DNA of 64,000 nucleotides from NCBI GenBank assembly GCA_964383875.1, contig CAYLJD010000001.1:3299-67298 (forward strand), read 5' to 3'. Under the pieces are notes generated by a model. That model was not told the origin of the DNA, ran no database searches, and worked only from the letters and a program-made list of their open reading frames with translations. The DNA is from an uncultured Halobacteriales archaeon (GTDB lineage Archaea; Halobacteriota; Halobacteria; Halobacteriales; Haloarculaceae). The translations under genes and the position numbers were made by a program. Position 1 is the first letter of the stretch, and every line of letters begins with the position of its first letter. Of this stretch, positions 62,534 through 64,000 are shown piece by piece.

Positions 62534-64000
62534 TCAACCGAACATCTGGCGCATCATGGGATGCATCTCCATGAGCTGCTCCTCGGCAATCTCCTCGTAG
62601 ATCTTGTACGTGATCGAGACGGTCAGCAAGAGCCCAGTCCCGGTGACGCCGCCGATGGTCCCGAGCATGTTGGCCATGACAGCCAGCAGGCCAACGAGCG
62701 CCCCACCGATCACCGTGACCTGCGGGATGTACTGTTCCAGAACCCGCTCGATCGAGCGGATGTTGCGCCGGAAGCCCGGGATCTGCATCCCGGAGTTGTG
62801 GATCTGTTGGGCGGTCGCTTCCGGTCCCATGTCGGTCGTCTCGACCCAGAAGATCGCAAAGATGGCTCCGCCAATCACCATGAACGTCAGATCGACGCTG
62901 ATCCGGAGCATGATCTCCCAGGGTGCGTTCCCACCGCCCCCGCCGGCGAACCACATCCAGTCCTGTGGGTTGTAGATCGGCGCCAGAAAGTAGAACAGCC
63001 CGCCTGTCGCCTGGCCGTTCGCGTCGTAGGTCCCCAGCCACGCCGGCATACTGGCGAGCTGGGCGTCGAGGATGCGGCCGAAAAACTGGACGTTCGCTTG
63101 GAGCGCGCGCACGAGAATCATCGGCAGGACGCTCGCGTATATCAGCTTCACCGGAAACCGACCGCGGGCACCCTTGACTTGCGCGTTGGAGAGCGGAATT
63201 TCCACCCGGACCGATTCTGCGTAGACGACCGTCACGAAAATCGCGATCGTGGTGATGATGGGGATGATCGCCCCCTCACCGATCAGCAACTGCTGGAGGC
63301 CCTGTGGCGTGAGGAGTGGGGGCATCTCCACGTATCCGAGCACCATCCCGAACCACCGTGGCACGATCCCGGTCTCTCCATGGATTCCGGGGATCGCGAA
63401 GAGCCCTCCGATGAGGCGTTGGCTGACACCAGCGATGATGAACAGGCCGATTCCGGACCCGACGCCCCATTTGCTCACGACCTCGTCCATAAAGAGGATG
63501 AGAATGCCGCCGACGAACACCTGCGCGAAGATCAGCCACTGAACGCCGCTCAGGCCAATGCCCAGCTGCTCGGCCACAGCGGGACTCGGCGGAAGGAAGT
63601 TCCCCGCGAAGACCATCGGCAGGGCTGTCAGTGCCGTCATCACGACGACGAGCAGCTTCTGGAGGCCCTGATAGAGGACCTGATCCCGTGGATTGTTCTG
63701 CGTGTCGAGGCCCAAGAGGTCGGCGCCGCCGAGCAGCTGCAGGACAATGCTGGCAGTGACGATCGGGCCGATCCCCAGCTGCATCACCGTCCCCTGCCCA
63801 CCGGCCAGAATCGAACGGAACTGACCAAAGACTTCGCTCCCCTGGCCCTGGAGTCCGTACAGAAACACGTTCGTCAGGAAGAAATAGAGGACGAGGATGC
63901 CCGCGGTCCAGGTGAGCTTGCGTCGAAATGGAACGTGCCCTTCCGGCCGCCGCACCGACGGCATCCGCGTCAGAACCGGTTCGGCGGTATCTTTCCACGT
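62534..64000 (-). CDS. secY: preprotein translocase subunit SecY (5' end just outside the window)
   Basis: The frame is open to nt 64000 (..TWKDTAEPVLTRMPSVRRPEGHVPFRRKL...), so the track's M at 63964 is internal. SecY features include 10 TM helices, QLGIGPIVTASIVLQLL and a C-terminal EIAEEQLMEM. Confidence 0.9.
   Translation of the reverse strand, partial: TWKDTAEPVLTRMPSVRRPEGHVPFRRKLTWTAGILVLYFFLTNVFLYGLQGQGSEVFGQFRSILAGGQGTVMQLGIGPIVTASIVLQLLGGADLLGLDTQNNPRDQVLYQGLQKLLVVVMTALTALPMVFAGNFLPPSPAVAEQLGIGLSGVQWLIFAQVFVGGILILFMDEVVSKWGVGSGIGLFIIAGVSQRLIGGLFAIPGIHGETGIVPRWFGMVLGYVEMPPLLTPQGLQQLLIGEGAIIPIITTIAIFVTVVYAESVRVEIPLSNAQVKGARGRFPVKLIYASVLPMILVRALQANVQFFGRILDAQLASMPAWLGTYDANGQATGGLFYFLAPIYNPQDWMWFAGGGGGNAPWEIMLRISVDLTFMVIGGAIFAIFWVETTDMGPEATAQQIHNSGMQIPGFRRNIRSIERVLEQYIPQVTVIGGALVGLLAVMANMLGTIGGVTGTGLLLTVSITYKIYEEIAEEQLMEMHPMMRQMFG

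Overview
This is a high-GC (roughly 65%) chromosomal segment that looks haloarchaeal (class Halobacteria). The evidence is strongly acidic predicted proteins, Tat/lipobox signal peptides, many TGATG/ATGA translationally coupled gene junctions, TATA-like boxes about 28-30 nt upstream of start codons (leaderless-type), and long Arg/Pro-rich shadow ORFs antisense to real genes.

I call about 66 protein-coding genes, one tRNA-Pro(GGG) and two pseudogenes or gene relics. I see no CRISPR array, rRNA, transposase or integrase.

The content is mainly housekeeping, metabolism and transport:
- thiDN, pckA, ilvD and tfs
- the conserved cbf5-cmk-DUF106-adk block, here separated by about 29 kb from a partial secY at the right edge
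- hemE plus hemY-hemH, and trkA-trkH
- USP-linked permeases and a rhomboid protease
- a Cu P-type ATPase next to a B-family (ba3-like) heme-copper oxidase operon
- a 2-oxoacid dehydrogenase E1alpha/E1beta/E2 operon
- a Liv-type ABC transporter
- a six-gene MoxR/DUF58/vWA (Bat-like) operon

The best candidates for new biology are:
1. A tightly coupled operon at 6640-9660. It encodes a DCC-type thiol oxidoreductase, two stand-alone PEP-utilizer 'swivel' phosphohistidine proteins and a 542-aa orphan protein, and sits divergent to PEP carboxykinase.
2. The heme-copper oxidase subunit I. It keeps all metal-ligand histidines but has HGSQQ where the cross-linked Tyr motif (HPxVY) should be, which points to a NOR-like or eNOR-type enzyme. 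It is flanked by an unannotated 50-aa membrane ORF and a membrane protein carrying a C-x8-HCH motif.
3. A DsbA-like lipoprotein coupled to a CxxC membrane protein.
4. A response-regulator/HalX gene next to tRNA-Pro that is disrupted by both an in-frame TGA and a frameshift.

All family assignments come from reading the translations by eye. No database search was run.
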